NCBI GenBank assembly: GCA_020720815.1
Contig: DYNY01000004.1
Location: forward strand, 1,783-65,782
Reading direction: 5' to 3'
Source of the DNA: Candidatus Elulimicrobium sp.
GTDB taxonomy: Bacteria; Patescibacteriota; Minisyncoccia; Phycocordibacterales; UBA918
DNA: 64,000 bases
Made by a program: the position numbers and the translations under genes
In this document: piece after piece, positions 7,814 through 18,722 of the stretch
How positions within the stretch are numbered: the stretch's first letter is position 1
Layout of the letters: each line of letters starts with the position of its first letter
Notes under the pieces: generated by a model
Databases searched by the model: none
The model's input: only the letters and a program-made list of their open reading frames with translations
What the model was told of the DNA's origin: nothing

Positions 7814-9475
7814 CTAGTACATTCCACCACCCATTCCACCCATACCACCCATTCCGGCCATGTCAGACACTGCTTTTTCACGCTCTGGTTCATCAGCTAC
7901 CGCACATTCAGTGGTCAGTAGGATGCCCGCGGCTGAAACAGCATGTTGTACACAAGCTCTTTCAACTTTTACAGGATCAATAATTCCCGCCTTAATCATA
8001 TCATCCACCATTATTCCTTTAGATGCATCAAAGCCAGCATTGCCACCAGCTTCTTTTACTTTTTGTACAATCACTGCCCCATCAATCTTGCCAGTATTAT
8101 CAGCGATCTGACGTAGTGGCATTTCAAGTGCTTTAAGCACAATACTATAGCCAACCAATTCCTCCTTATCCATTTGCTTCTTAGAGAGGATGTCCTTTTC
8201 AACAATCGCAGCAGCCCGAGTCAATGAAGTACCACCCCCTGGCACGATTCCCTCTTCAATCGCGGCCTTAGTGGCATTGACCGCATCTTCAATCTTAAGT
8301 TTAAGATATTTCATCTCGGCCTCAGTCGCGGCTCCGACTCGGATAACCGCCACCCCGCCAGACAACTTAGCAATTCTTTCTTCAATTTTTTCCTTATCGA
8401 ATTTAGAGGTAGTTGCCTCTAGCTGAGCTTTTAGTGACTTTACACGATTTGTAATAACTGATTTATCACCACCGCCACCAACAATTACCGTATTGTCTTT
8501 GGTAGCAATTACTCGATCGGCTTTACCGAGTTGAGCAATTTCTGTCGTCTCAAGTTTTAAACCAACTTCTTCCGAAATAACTTGACCACCAGTAGTAGCG
8601 GCCAAATCGGCCAAGAGTTCTTTTTTACGATCACCATAACCAGGCGCTTTTACCGCCAAAACTGAAAAGCCACCCTTAATGCGGTTTACCACAAAAGTAG
8701 CTAAGGCTTCTCCCTCAACATCATCAGCAATAATCACCAATTCTTTCTTGCCGGTCTGTGCTATTTTTTCTAGTAGTGGCAAAATTTCTTGTACTGAGGC
8801 AATTTTTTTATCAGTAATCAAAATTATGGCACTTTTTTGTTCGGCCTCCATTCGCTCTGGATTTGTCACCATATATGGTGAGACATAGCCTTTATCAAAT
8901 TGCATACCTTCAGTCAATTCAGTCTCGATACCAAAAGACTGTGATTCTTCAACTGTAACTACTCCATCTTTTCCTACCTTGTCAATAGTTTCAGCAATTT
9001 TTTCTCCTAGCTCAGCACTTTCAGCTGAAATCGTCGCGACTTGCTTTATTTCATCAAGCGAGGTAATTGGTGTAGCCATCTTGCGTAAAGCCTCTACCAC
9101 ATCCGCCGACGCATGCTCCATCCCATTTCGTACCGCCATGGCATTAAGTCCCATAGTGGTTTGCCTAAGACCTTCAGTAAATAGAGCCTGAGTTAAAACA
9201 GTTGCCGTAGTGGTTCCATCGCCAGCTAGTTCATTAGTTTTATTGGCCACTTCCTTAATAATTTCAGCACCCATGTTCTCAAACTTATCCTTAAGAGTTA
9301 TTTCACGCGCAATTGAAACACCATCATTGGTGATGGTTGGTCCACCATAGCCTTTATCTAAAATGACATTTCTCCCGCGCGGTCCAAGCGTTACCTTAAC
9401 AGCGTTGGCAACAGTATCGACTCCTTTCTGTAATTTCTTCTTAACTTCTTCGCCGTACATTACTTGTTTAGCCAT
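7814..9475 (-). CDS. groL: Chaperonin GroEL
   Basis: [18 protein letters not shown]-repeat tail. Confidence 0.98.
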   Translation of the reverse strand: MAKQVMYGEEVKKKLQKGVDTVANAVKVTLGPRGRNVILDKGYGGPTITNDGVSIAREITLKDKFENMGAEIIKEVANKTNELAGDGTTTATVLTQALFTEGLRQTTMGLNAMAVRNGMEHASADVVEALRKMATPITSLDEIKQVATISAESAELGEKIAETIDKVGKDGVVTVEESQSFGIETELTEGMQFDKGYVSPYMVTNPERMEAEQKSAIILITDKKIASVQEILPLLEKIAQTGKKELVIIADDVEGEALATFVVNRIKGGFSVLAVKAPGYGDRKKELLADLAATTGGQVISEEVGLKLETTEIAQLGKADRVIATKDNTVIVGGGGDKSVITNRVKSLKAQLEATTSKFDKEKIEERIAKLSGGVAVIRVGAATEAEMKYLKLKIEDAVNATKAAIEEGIVPGGGTSLTRAAAIVEKDILSKKQMDKEELVGYSIVLKALEMPLRQIADNTGKIDGAVIVQKVKEAGGNAGFDASKGIMVDDMIKAGIIDPVKVERACVQHAVSAAGILLTTECAVADEPEREKAVSDMAGMGGMGGMGGGMY

Positions 9476-9488
9476 AATTTATCAGTTT

Positions 9489-9821
9489 TTAACTTGTAAA
9501 GACTCCTAAAATACTATTCTCTGGCACGATAAAATACTCCATGTTATCTAATTTCACTTCATCATAGCCATATTTAGAAAATATAACTCTGTCTCCGACT
9601 TTTACTTCCATAGGAATTCTTTTTTCACCGTCTTCATCCCATTTACCTAATCCAACAGCGATTACTATTCCTTGCTCTGGTTTTTCTTTCTTAGCAGTAT
9701 CAGGAATAATAATGCCTGACAGTGAAACTGCACCATTCTCAATATCAGTTAATGGTCGCACGATTACTCTATCGCCTAGTGGTTTAATTGGACTTACGCC
9801 CGTGATTGAATGTTCTGACAT
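9489..9821 (-). CDS. groS: Co-chaperonin GroES
   Basis: [36 protein letters not shown]. Confidence 0.97.
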   Translation of the reverse strand: MSEHSITGVSPIKPLGDRVIVRPLTDIENGAVSLSGIIIPDTAKKEKPEQGIVIAVGLGKWDEDGEKRIPMEVKVGDRVIFSKYGYDEVKLDNMEYFIVPENSILGVFTS

Positions 9822-9914
9822 AATTATTTACGTGTATTAGTTAAACAATATTTGAACCTAATAACTCATACATACCACGCATAAAATACGCTCCACAACC
9901 CGCGTGGTCTTAGC

Positions 9915-9942
9915 ATTATACGGCACAAAAAAATGCTGTCAA
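9915..9942 (-). promoter_or_regulatory. Consensus sigma70 promoter upstream of groES
   Basis: Minus strand TTGACA-16 bp-TATAAT. Confidence 0.7.
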
Positions 9943-10099
9943 AAAATGTTAACTTAGAAACAAATATTTAGTATGGACTAAATATTGATCACTTTTTCTA
10001 AGAGAGATAATATCTCCTCCCCTATTAACACATTATTAAATTTTATGACCAATCACATATCTTGCCACCGTGCTCTATTTCTGATATTATCTCGCTTAC

Positions 10100-10339
10100 A
10101 TGGAATTCATACACACAGTGCTACCAGCACTGCCTTACGTCCAAATCGTCCTCTCCATTCTGCTAATAACGGCTATTTTGCTGCAACAGCGGGGTTCGAG
10201 TCTCGGCGGTGCGTTTGGTGGTGACAATTTCAGCTCAGCCTTTCACAAACGCCGTGGAGCAGAATTATTTCTATTCCAATTCTCAATCGGTACTTCTATC
10301 TTGTTTGTATTGGCGACTTTCTTGAATATTCTGGTCTAA
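10100..10339 (+). CDS. secG: Preprotein translocase subunit SecG
   Basis: ILLQQRGSSLGGAFGG...RRGAE, two TM segments. Confidence 0.9.
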   Translation: MEFIHTVLPALPYVQIVLSILLITAILLQQRGSSLGGAFGGDNFSSAFHKRRGAELFLFQFSIGTSILFVLATFLNILV

Positions 10340-10448
10340 ATTAATATTTCCACGTAATTTACTAGTGCTAGCTCAAAACGTTTACTAATTTGCTTCAGAA
10401 TACCGAGCCTTAAATAACGCAGCTAAAACTGCTACTACTTCTTTCTCT

Positions 10449-12173
10449 ATGCCGAATAAACTATCCATTACGGATCATCTCCTAGGAATTATAGAAAACA
10501 AAAAGCCCAGTGATCGCTTTATTTTGCGTGGACTATTAATTTTTACTATTGCGACTTTTATTTACTTTACCCTATCAGTTAATAATAGCTTCCTAATAAA
10601 CACACCGGCTCGTGGTGGCGTTTTAATCGAAGGAATTGTTGGTATACCAAGATTCGTAAATCCAGCCCTAGCTATCACCCGAGCTGATCAAGATACTGTA
10701 GCGCTTATATATAGTGGACTCATGAAAATAGACGAAAAAGGTACCCTAATTCCTGATCTGGCTGAAAATATAAGTGTTAGCGAAGACGGTCTAATTTATA
10801 CTATAATTCTTAAAAAGAATCGCTTTTTCCATGACGACACTTCGATTACCGCAAAAGATGTCATCTTTACCATCAATTTAATGCGTGACCCGGATCTAAA
10901 AAGTCCTTTACGAGGTAATTGGAATGACATCACTATAACTGAAGTAGGTAAATACGAATTGACCGTTACCTTAGCTGAGGCCTACTCTCCGTTTATTGAA
11001 AACTTTATTTTCGGTGTAATGCCAGAACATATTTGGAATAATTTACCGATTGAGCAATTACCCTTTAGTCAATACAATACTGAACCAATCGGTTCTGGAC
11101 CCTTCATGATTGCTAAAGTAAATCGAGATAGTTCCGGTTTAATTAGCGGTTATATTTTACGACCAGCCCCAAAAAATGAGATCCAACCAAATTTAGACTC
11201 TCTTGAGCTCAAATTTTTCCAAAACGAAACACTTTTAGCTACCGCTTTAGAAAAAGGTGAAATCACTAGTACGATTTTCTTACCCGCTGAGACTATTAGT
11301 CAACTAAACCAAGATAAGGTTGAAATTATCACTCATCCTTTACCCCGTATTTTTGGTATATTTTTTAATCAAAATCGGTCTGTTGTACTAAGAGATAAAG
11401 CAGCGCGAGAAGCTCTCAATGTTGCCATTGACAGAGAACTACTTGTCAAAGAAGTTCTAAGTGGTTTTGGTGTCCCCACCACAAAACCTATCGTTACCGA
11501 GCATCGTGCGTTACTATTGGGGGACACAGTTGAAGAAGACAATTCTACGAGTACATTTCGATCCCCAGAAGAAATTTTACAAACCGGAGGATGGAAAAAG
11601 AACGAAGCCGGTTTCTGGGAAAAAAAGCTTGATGATTCAATCCAGATTTTGTCTGTCACCATTAGGACAGGAAATTCACCTTTGTTCCAAAAAACAGCTG
11701 ACGGAGTAGCTCTGAGTTGGCGCAAAATTGGTATCGATGTTCATATCGAACAATACGAGCAGACCGGTCTGGTACAGTCAGTTATACGCTCTCGTGATTT
11801 TGAAGCTTTACTGTTTGGTCTTGATATGAACAGACTACAAGACCTGTATCCATTTTGGCATTCATCACAGAAAGATGATCCTGGACTAAATATTGCCCAG
11901 TATACCAATGTGCATGTAGATCGTTTACTGGAAGAAGCCCGCACCACCCAAGATAATGACGAACAATTAAGATTACTAGAAGAGACAAGTCAAATTATCG
12001 CTAGCGAAATACCAGCCATCTTCCTCTTTGCGCCAAGCATTAGTTACGTGGTAAATAAAAATATAAATGCAAGCGAGATGAATATGCTTGGAAGACCAGC
12101 CGACAGATTTATGAATATTAGCAATTGGCACGCCAGAACAACCGTAGTGTGGCCGATCTTTGAACAGAATTAA
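10449..12173 (+). CDS. ABC transporter substrate-binding protein, family 5 (peptide/nickel)
   Basis: LIYSGL, PDLAE, ITAKDVIFTI, PIGSGPF motifs. Confidence 0.85.
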   Translation: MPNKLSITDHLLGIIENKKPSDRFILRGLLIFTIATFIYFTLSVNNSFLINTPARGGVLIEGIVGIPRFVNPALAITRADQDTVALIYSGLMKIDEKGTLIPDLAENISVSEDGLIYTIILKKNRFFHDDTSITAKDVIFTINLMRDPDLKSPLRGNWNDITITEVGKYELTVTLAEAYSPFIENFIFGVMPEHIWNNLPIEQLPFSQYNTEPIGSGPFMIAKVNRDSSGLISGYILRPAPKNEIQPNLDSLELKFFQNETLLATALEKGEITSTIFLPAETISQLNQDKVEIITHPLPRIFGIFFNQNRSVVLRDKAAREALNVAIDRELLVKEVLSGFGVPTTKPIVTEHRALLLGDTVEEDNSTSTFRSPEEILQTGGWKKNEAGFWEKKLDDSIQILSVTIRTGNSPLFQKTADGVALSWRKIGIDVHIEQYEQTGLVQSVIRSRDFEALLFGLDMNRLQDLYPFWHSSQKDDPGLNIAQYTNVHVDRLLEEARTTQDNDEQLRLLEETSQIIASEIPAIFLFAPSISYVVNKNINASEMNMLGRPADRFMNISNWHARTTVVWPIFEQN

Positions 12174-12191
12174 TAACTACTGAAAAATACT

Positions 12192-14126
12192 ATGAACTCT
12201 AACCCAATAAACAACAACCGATCACAGAGTGACCGACTAAACCAGAGGCCACCACATGGGCGCACCAACTACGTTCCCGGCAACAGACCAGTCGGGGCTA
12301 CTTCATCACCTAATAGAAAAACTTCAGCTGGCAGTAATGGACGAAGCAGACGTAACCACCCACAAAAAAGACGTAGTACCACTGCCCCGGCTTTGACCCA
12401 CCGCATGACTACTACTAATGAAAAAAATCCTGTTATTCCTGAAGTTATGGATGATGATACCGTACGTGTAATTCCAGTTTCGGGAGTAGAAGAAATTGGC
12501 CGCAATATGATTATTGTTGAAACCAAAGATGATATTGTTGTAATTGATGCTGGTTTTCAATTCGTTACTGAAGAAAGTAATGCTCCGGGAATAAACTATA
12601 TTCTACCAAACACCCAGTATCTAGAAGAACGAAAACATAAAATTCGTGCTCTCATTGTCACCCACGGCCACCTAGACCACATTGGTGGTATTCCTTTCAT
12701 TATTGAACGTATTGGTAATCCAGCGATTTATACCCAATATCTAACCTCTTTAATGATTCTCAAAAGACAAGAGGAATTTCCTCACATTGAACCAGTGAAC
12801 ATGAACGTTATAAAAGAGGGAGAAAGTTTTACGGTTGGAAAAATGCGTATTAAAACCTTCCCTGTCACTCACTCTATTCCTGATGCTATGGGTGTTTGCG
12901 TAGAAACAAAACATGGCGATGTTGTCATCACTGGTGATATTAAACTGGTTCACGAAGATGGGAAGGTAGTGGTAGAGGAAAGAGCTTCTTGGGAAAAAGT
13001 TGGTCTTAACAAAAACCTGGTCTTACTATGTGATTCAACTAACGCTGACCGGGAAGGTTTTTCTGCTTCTGAGGAACGCGTGTATGAGACTCTAGACAAT
13101 ATTATTGCCTCTGCCACCGGACGTCTGATTATAGGTACTTTTGCCTCTCAATTTGATCGACTCATCAATATTATTAAAACCTGTGAAAAACTGGGTAAGA
13201 AAGTAGTGCTTGAGGGTCGTAGTATTAAAACCAATATTGACATTGCCATTCAAGCAAAATTAATTGAAGTACAACCACATACTTTCATTTCCCCAAGTGA
13301 TATCGGGGATTACCCAAGCGACAAAATTGTTATCTTATCGACCGGTGCTCAAGGAGAGGAGTTTGCTGCTCTAATGCGAATGGCAACCGATAAGCACAAG
13401 TTCGTCACCTTAAACGAACGAGACACAGTGGTTCTATCGTCTTCCATCATTCCAGGTAACGAAATCGCTGTACAAAAGCTGAAAGATAATATTTATCGTA
13501 AGAACGTCCGCGTAGTAAATTACAAAGGCTCACACGTCCACTCCTCTGGACACGGTAACGCCGGCGAACTGGTTTGGATACACCAAGCGGTTAAGCCTAG
13601 GTTTTTAATTCCTGTGCATGGACATCACTACCATCTCAAGAGCCATATGTACGCCGCTATTGAAAATGGTTTTCCTAAAGAAAACATAGTGGTGCCAGAC
13701 AACGGAACTATCATCGATATAAAAAATGGTACTGAGATGATTCGTCATTCCATAAAGATCCCAACCGAGATGGTTTTGGTTGACGGCTTTACTGTCGGAA
13801 CTCGACAAGAAGTTGTCTTGCGCGACCGTCTCAGTCTTGCCCAAGATGGTATGTTTGTAATTATTGCCACTGTCAATAATAAGACCGGCAAGCTACGCAA
13901 ATCACCAGACATTATCTCACGTGGGTTTGTTTATCTAAGAGAAAATCAGCAACTACTATCTGAAGCCCGAGTACTGATTAAGAGAACTGTAGAAAAACAT
14001 ACCGAAAAAATGAATCCGCTTGATCTTGATTACGTAAAAGATCAACTATCTGATGTAGTCAGTGGCTTCTTGATGCAGAAGACACAAAAGACACCTATGG
14101 TTATCCCAGTCTTAATTGGTATATAA
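12192..14126 (+). CDS. rnj: Ribonuclease J
   Basis: EEIGRNM, THGHLDHIGG, HSSGH, PVHG. Confidence 0.93.
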   Translation: MNSNPINNNRSQSDRLNQRPPHGRTNYVPGNRPVGATSSPNRKTSAGSNGRSRRNHPQKRRSTTAPALTHRMTTTNEKNPVIPEVMDDDTVRVIPVSGVEEIGRNMIIVETKDDIVVIDAGFQFVTEESNAPGINYILPNTQYLEERKHKIRALIVTHGHLDHIGGIPFIIERIGNPAIYTQYLTSLMILKRQEEFPHIEPVNMNVIKEGESFTVGKMRIKTFPVTHSIPDAMGVCVETKHGDVVITGDIKLVHEDGKVVVEERASWEKVGLNKNLVLLCDSTNADREGFSASEERVYETLDNIIASATGRLIIGTFASQFDRLINIIKTCEKLGKKVVLEGRSIKTNIDIAIQAKLIEVQPHTFISPSDIGDYPSDKIVILSTGAQGEEFAALMRMATDKHKFVTLNERDTVVLSSSIIPGNEIAVQKLKDNIYRKNVRVVNYKGSHVHSSGHGNAGELVWIHQAVKPRFLIPVHGHHYHLKSHMYAAIENGFPKENIVVPDNGTIIDIKNGTEMIRHSIKIPTEMVLVDGFTVGTRQEVVLRDRLSLAQDGMFVIIATVNNKTGKLRKSPDIISRGFVYLRENQQLLSEARVLIKRTVEKHTEKMNPLDLDYVKDQLSDVVSGFLMQKTQKTPMVIPVLIGI

Positions 14127-14156
14127 ATAGTTACCCACGTTAAATAAAAATTTTGT

Positions 14157-14196
14157 TAAAAATCCATAGTACACTTAAGTGTACTATGGATTTTTA
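14157..14196. repeat. Perfect 40-bp palindrome overlapping the MFS start codon
   Basis: taaaaatccatagtacactt|aagtgtactatggattttta, no spacer. Confidence 0.9.
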
Positions 14197-15400
14197 TCGT
14201 CACCTTTTTACCCGTTCACCTGAAGGCTCACCAGTAACCTTCACGCTAATTTATTTAGTATCGATTATCTTCACCTTCCAAACTCTACTTACAGCTTACA
14301 GTAGCTCTACTTACCTAGAACAATTCATCGCTCCTAAGTTGATTGGTTTATTATTTGCCGGCGGTGCAACAGGAGCAATGGTCTTATCTTTACTACTACC
14401 AAGAATATTAAAGTCTTTAGGTAATTTTAAAACCATTATCCTCTTAGTTTTAATGATAAATTTGTCTCTAATTTTTGTTGGTACAGCGGTTACACCCTCC
14501 ATTACCATTGTTGCTTTCGTTTTTTACCTCATCATAAATCCGCAAGTCTATCTTAATATAGATATTTTCTTAGAAACACTAATCGGTGAAAATGAGGGTG
14601 ATACCGGTACTAAGCGTGGTCTTATTCTCTCTATTACAAGTGTTGCCGCCTTCTTTTCTCCACTAGTGATGGGACTAATTATCGGAGATAATAATAATTT
14701 TGCTAATATCTATTATGTCGGAGCTTCTGTTGGACTACTACTAATTGGCATTTTAATTAATCACTTCCGACATTTTTATGATCCTATTTATCGCACCATA
14801 AAAATCAAAGATATGATCCGTGATTCGGCTAGTAACATTAATCTCCGAACCGTCATGTCAACCCAATTTCTCTTACAGTTCTTTTATGCTTGGGCTGTAA
14901 TTTATTTTCCTTTATTTTTGGCGACTGAAGTAGGACTGGATTGGACATACATTAGCTATATAATTGCCTCTGGGTTGTCTGCTTTTGTCATCTTTGAATA
15001 TCCAATTGGAGTCATGGCCGACCGTCACTGGGGTGAAAAAGAAATGATGGCTATTGGCTTTGTTATCCTGGCTATCGCCTCAGCTAGTATCACTTACATG
15101 TCTGCTGTCGGTTTAGTCGGCTGGATGCTTCTCATGTTCTTTAGTCGTATTGGCGCCAGCTTGGTTGAAGTAACTACTGAGAGTTATTTCTTTAAACAAG
15201 TCAAAGGCGACCAACCAAACGTCATCAGCCTATTTCGCCTCATGCGACCATTAGCCAACCTCGCCGGGGCACTTGTCGGTAGTGTCACGCTTTATTACCT
15301 AGACAAACACGGTGCGCCATTTAGCTTTATGTTTTTCGTCCTTGCCCTCGTCATGGCCTCCGGCGTTTTCATCACCTCATTTTTGACTGATACTAAATAA
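14186..15400 (+). CDS. MFS transporter
   Basis: About 12 TM segments; GVMADRHWGEK motif A-like loop; start placed at ATG 14186. Confidence 0.85.
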   Translation: MDFYRHLFTRSPEGSPVTFTLIYLVSIIFTFQTLLTAYSSSTYLEQFIAPKLIGLLFAGGATGAMVLSLLLPRILKSLGNFKTIILLVLMINLSLIFVGTAVTPSITIVAFVFYLIINPQVYLNIDIFLETLIGENEGDTGTKRGLILSITSVAAFFSPLVMGLIIGDNNNFANIYYVGASVGLLLIGILINHFRHFYDPIYRTIKIKDMIRDSASNINLRTVMSTQFLLQFFYAWAVIYFPLFLATEVGLDWTYISYIIASGLSAFVIFEYPIGVMADRHWGEKEMMAIGFVILAIASASITYMSAVGLVGWMLLMFFSRIGASLVEVTTESYFFKQVKGDQPNVISLFRLMRPLANLAGALVGSVTLYYLDKHGAPFSFMFFVLALVMASGVFITSFLTDTK

Positions 15401-15413
15401 ATACCAACCTGAC

Positions 15414-16100
15414 CTACAAATAATAAATAACGTCTTTGCGTTCTACTACCACTTCCCACTTCATGCGCTTGGCGTGATTCTGTAACTTTTGGTTGGGGTT
15501 AAAGCAAATTGGATGTTCAACCGATTCTAGTAGCGATATATCACTCTCCGTATCTCCGACAGCAATTGAATCTTTACTAGTTAAGATTGGGTTATTTTCA
15601 AATACACGCTTTACAATATTGGCTTTGTTATTTATTAGATGTTCGTCGACTATCACCCCGGTAAATCTATCTTGAGGACCAAGCTCATATATGCGACCAT
15701 ACACCTTATCGAAACCGTACTGCAAACAGAAATCATCTAAAAGTGTTTTGGGTGACTGTGAGATAGCTACTATATAGTAATCTTCACTCTTTAGTTTCTT
15801 AATCAGGTCTCTAGTATAGCGATAAACACGTCGACGCTGTACCGCTACCACCCGACGACCAATGTCGGCCAAGTCACCATAATAGACACCCTTAATATAT
15901 TTTAAATAAACCACAATGACTGCTACGATATAGTCTTCATAAGCACCCTCGCGATTTTGCCAAGCTTCATAAACTTCACGAATTTCCTCTTTAGCTTCCG
16001 CCGGAAAAACACTTTGCGTAATTAACGCATCTACAATTTCTACTAAAAGGCTTGAGCGAAAAACAGTGCCATCAATATCAAAAAAGGCGACTCTTTGCAT
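15414..16100 (-). CDS. HAD-IB family hydrolase
   Basis: FFDIDGT, GDTESD, NPN motifs. Confidence 0.88.
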   Translation of the reverse strand: MQRVAFFDIDGTVFRSSLLVEIVDALITQSVFPAEAKEEIREVYEAWQNREGAYEDYIVAVIVVYLKYIKGVYYGDLADIGRRVVAVQRRRVYRYTRDLIKKLKSEDYYIVAISQSPKTLLDDFCLQYGFDKVYGRIYELGPQDRFTGVIVDEHLINNKANIVKRVFENNPILTSKDSIAVGDTESDISLLESVEHPICFNPNQKLQNHAKRMKWEVVVERKDVIYYL

Positions 16101-16116
16101 ATCTAGCTAGTGTAAC

Positions 16117-16160
16117 AAATAATCTGGCCGTCTGCCTTATGGCAGACGGCCAGATTATTT
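16117..16160. terminator. Perfect 20-bp-arm hairpin
   Basis: aaataatctggccgtctgcc-ttat-ggcagacggccagattattt. Confidence 0.65.
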
Positions 16161-16204
16161 CGTGCCAAACAACGTAAAAGTGTGCCTTTCGCGTAGGTCC
16201 TTAA

Positions 16205-17062
16205 TTAGGAAACCTGGATAAAAACAGCTTGCAGAGCCTGCCACTCTTCCTTACTCAGTTTTTCCTCTAAGTATTTACCTTCTACTTCCTTACCAATTGA
16301 TTGTAAGCTAATACCCTCATCCGGGTAAACGGCAATTACATACCCCACAAACCCTATCCCATCTACAAGCTTACCTTCTAAGACTGAGCCGGTCTTTGGG
16401 AAAACACCAATCTTAACCCCTAAATGACCCTTAAGTAGTTCATGCCATTGTCCCGGAAGGCGTGGGCGTTCTTTACCCCAAGGAATATTAATATTCTGTT
16501 CCTTGAGCTTATAGGCCACAAATTCAACTGACTGGAGAGGTAGATATAACTCTGTTGTAAAAAATTCATCACTAATTGCTTGACGTAACTTTCTTGTCTC
16601 ACCATCAGAAGCCAAATAGACGTTATCGGGAGTAAAAGTTGGAAAAACATCAGCTCGATTTGTAGTTAGGGCATCTTTTAAAACCCAAGCTGATTCAGTC
16701 AAATACAGAATACGTACAAACCTTCCTTCATAGCCCAGTATACTAACCTTTTCACCATAACCATACTCATTAAGCTTAGTGTCAAAGGCCCATAGTGACT
16801 GGGTCATTATACCGGTTTTTGCTACAACAATATAACCAACCGGCAAAGCCGATATCATGCTGGGAGAAATAGATTCGGCTGATTTTACGTAACTTTTCTG
16901 AGTAGGAGTTTTTAATTCCTCATTCTCTAATGCTAATTGTTCATGGTGCGGAATCAATAATAGCGGAGCTACAAAAGATTGCGGTGATAGTTTCTTATTA
17001 GATACTATAAGTTCCATAATAAACTCCCACAAATCAATTAAGACGGCCAGAAATACCTTCAT
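16205..17062 (-). CDS. Hypothetical protein (possible SH3-like and degenerate CHAP-like regions)
   Basis: Long ORF; YGEKVSILGYEGRFVRI...AWV resembles SH3b; start uncertain. Confidence 0.55.
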   Translation of the reverse strand: MKVFLAVLIDLWEFIMELIVSNKKLSPQSFVAPLLLIPHHEQLALENEELKTPTQKSYVKSAESISPSMISALPVGYIVVAKTGIMTQSLWAFDTKLNEYGYGEKVSILGYEGRFVRILYLTESAWVLKDALTTNRADVFPTFTPDNVYLASDGETRKLRQAISDEFFTTELYLPLQSVEFVAYKLKEQNINIPWGKERPRLPGQWHELLKGHLGVKIGVFPKTGSVLEGKLVDGIGFVGYVIAVYPDEGISLQSIGKEVEGKYLEEKLSKEEWQALQAVFIQVS

Positions 17063-17123
17063 ACACTTTACCAAGAATTAAGACTTACTATCTACCCTGA
17101 GTGCGCGCTTATAAACAAACCTC

Positions 17124-18236
17124 TTAAAATGAGCGAAGCGATAAATAGCAACGCTCAGCTACTGAACCAAAGGTTGCAAGAAATAGGGTCATTAGAATAA
17201 CTAGCCCAATAATTGGAATATAGATTAATGCATGGATAGCTAACACGCCAAGGACAATCTGTACTACTGACTGCTCACGTGTTTTTGGTAAAAAAGAACC
17301 TAGATATGAGCCAGTTACAATTCCAATTAAACCAATACTTGATAAGATACCAGCAATGTATAGGAACACAATAGTAATACCAAAAATACTACCAAGGGTA
17401 CTGACTATTAAAATAAAGGCGGAGATCGGTATTAAAAAGAATAAACCAAAACCAATAGTTAAACTACGAACAAAATGTAGACGAGCGCCGTCTTTTACCC
17501 TGGCAGTAAAAGGTTTAAATAGTAAGTACCAAACCAAACTAGCAAACATTGTCACCAAAAGCGGAATCAAAAATAATTTGACAGGCTGTGCTACTGGCAA
17601 CATAGCCGAGCTACGAGTAATATCACCACCAATGTCAGTATTTTGTGATCTGATTAACTCAGTATTACTGGTATAAGAAACATTATTTGCTATCTTTGCT
17701 CGCTCACCCAACACCAAGGCCGTAGTGGTTACGTCAACTCCCCCTTTAACTTCAGCATCAATTCTCAATTTACTGCTGTTACCAATTATATTTTTACCAA
17801 TCGTACCGCTTATATCTGCCACACTACCAAAGAAAAGAATATCCCCGCCAATAACTGCTGTAGAGAGAACATTTAACTCACTTGCCACAACCACCAGGTC
17901 GCCAGCAATATCACCATCAATCGTTACTGTACCACCGACAATCCTCACGTCATCTCCTGCTGTGCCATGAAAATTAACAGTACCACCAATCACACCAACA
18001 TCTTTTTTAATTTCCCCGTTTAAAGTCAGAGTACGACCAGCCAACATTAAATCTTCCGAAATTTTACCGGAAATAGCAATCGAATCACCCAAACCATAAA
18101 AATCACCCTCTACTTCTTGATCAGACGCAATGGACACCAAATCACCACTTCGTACTACCGAGGAAGCGTTGGTCACAAACGGCATAACCGTCATAATTAT
18201 AGGCATAGCCAAGGTGAAAATTTTTAGGTAAGACAT
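17124..18236 (-). CDS. Bactofilin-like (polymer-forming cytoskeletal) repeat membrane protein
   Basis: Signal peptide, repeated (I/V)xGD(L/V)xxxGG beta-helix units, C-terminal TM bundle. Confidence 0.7.
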   Translation of the reverse strand: MSYLKIFTLAMPIIMTVMPFVTNASSVVRSGDLVSIASDQEVEGDFYGLGDSIAISGKISEDLMLAGRTLTLNGEIKKDVGVIGGTVNFHGTAGDDVRIVGGTVTIDGDIAGDLVVVASELNVLSTAVIGGDILFFGSVADISGTIGKNIIGNSSKLRIDAEVKGGVDVTTTALVLGERAKIANNVSYTSNTELIRSQNTDIGGDITRSSAMLPVAQPVKLFLIPLLVTMFASLVWYLLFKPFTARVKDGARLHFVRSLTIGFGLFFLIPISAFILIVSTLGSIFGITIVFLYIAGILSSIGLIGIVTGSYLGSFLPKTREQSVVQIVLGVLAIHALIYIPIIGLVILMTLFLATFGSVAERCYLSLRSF

Positions 18237-18465
18237 AAAGACTACAAATTAAATTACAAGAATTATCGCTAAAATATCCTCCACCCTAGACTATTTTAAA
18301 TAGCTAGTAGGTTTTATGCCGTGCATTGTAGCACAGTTTGACCCTACTTCATAACCACTAAACTTGATTAATACTAGAAAATAGTTCTTTGTAAATACCA
18401 ATAAATAGCAATGCTTAATAGTATTGAAATAATTAGAATTAGTGTCGTAGCGTATAAAAAATTTT

Positions 18466-18639
18466 TCATTTAGACTGGTATTCTATCGGGATTTGCAAGA
18501 AAGCAATCATCATCATAGCGACTGTAATCAAAAACAATAAGGCGCCAAATACCATCAGGCGCGGACGCGATAATTCCATCTGACCAGTGTGCCAGTTACG
18601 GGTATAGAGAAAAGAAAAGACAAAGCGAAAAAAAGACAT
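18466..18639 (-). CDS. Small membrane protein (57 aa, below ORF-track cutoff)
   Basis: ATG..TGA frame MSFFRFVFSFLYTRNWHTGQMELSRPRLMVFGALLFLITVAMMMIAFLQIPIEYQSK with one TM helix, in an otherwise empty gap. Confidence 0.6.
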   Translation of the reverse strand: MSFFRFVFSFLYTRNWHTGQMELSRPRLMVFGALLFLITVAMMMIAFLQIPIEYQSK

Positions 18640-18722
18640 ATTTTATTTATTAAAGTTTAACATATTTTAATATATTAAAGAACCAAAACCCTACTGGGTT
18701 ATCGATCTTTCATTACTTAATA

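Noticed and set aside
7860-9191. Antisense ORFs within groEL (similarly in the ATPase, topA, serS and oxidase genes)
   Set aside because: Shadow frames of well-supported genes on the opposite strand
9910-9940. Possible CIRCE operator upstream of groES
   Set aside because: Only ttagca matches; no TTAGCACTC-N9-GAGTGCTAA inverted repeat
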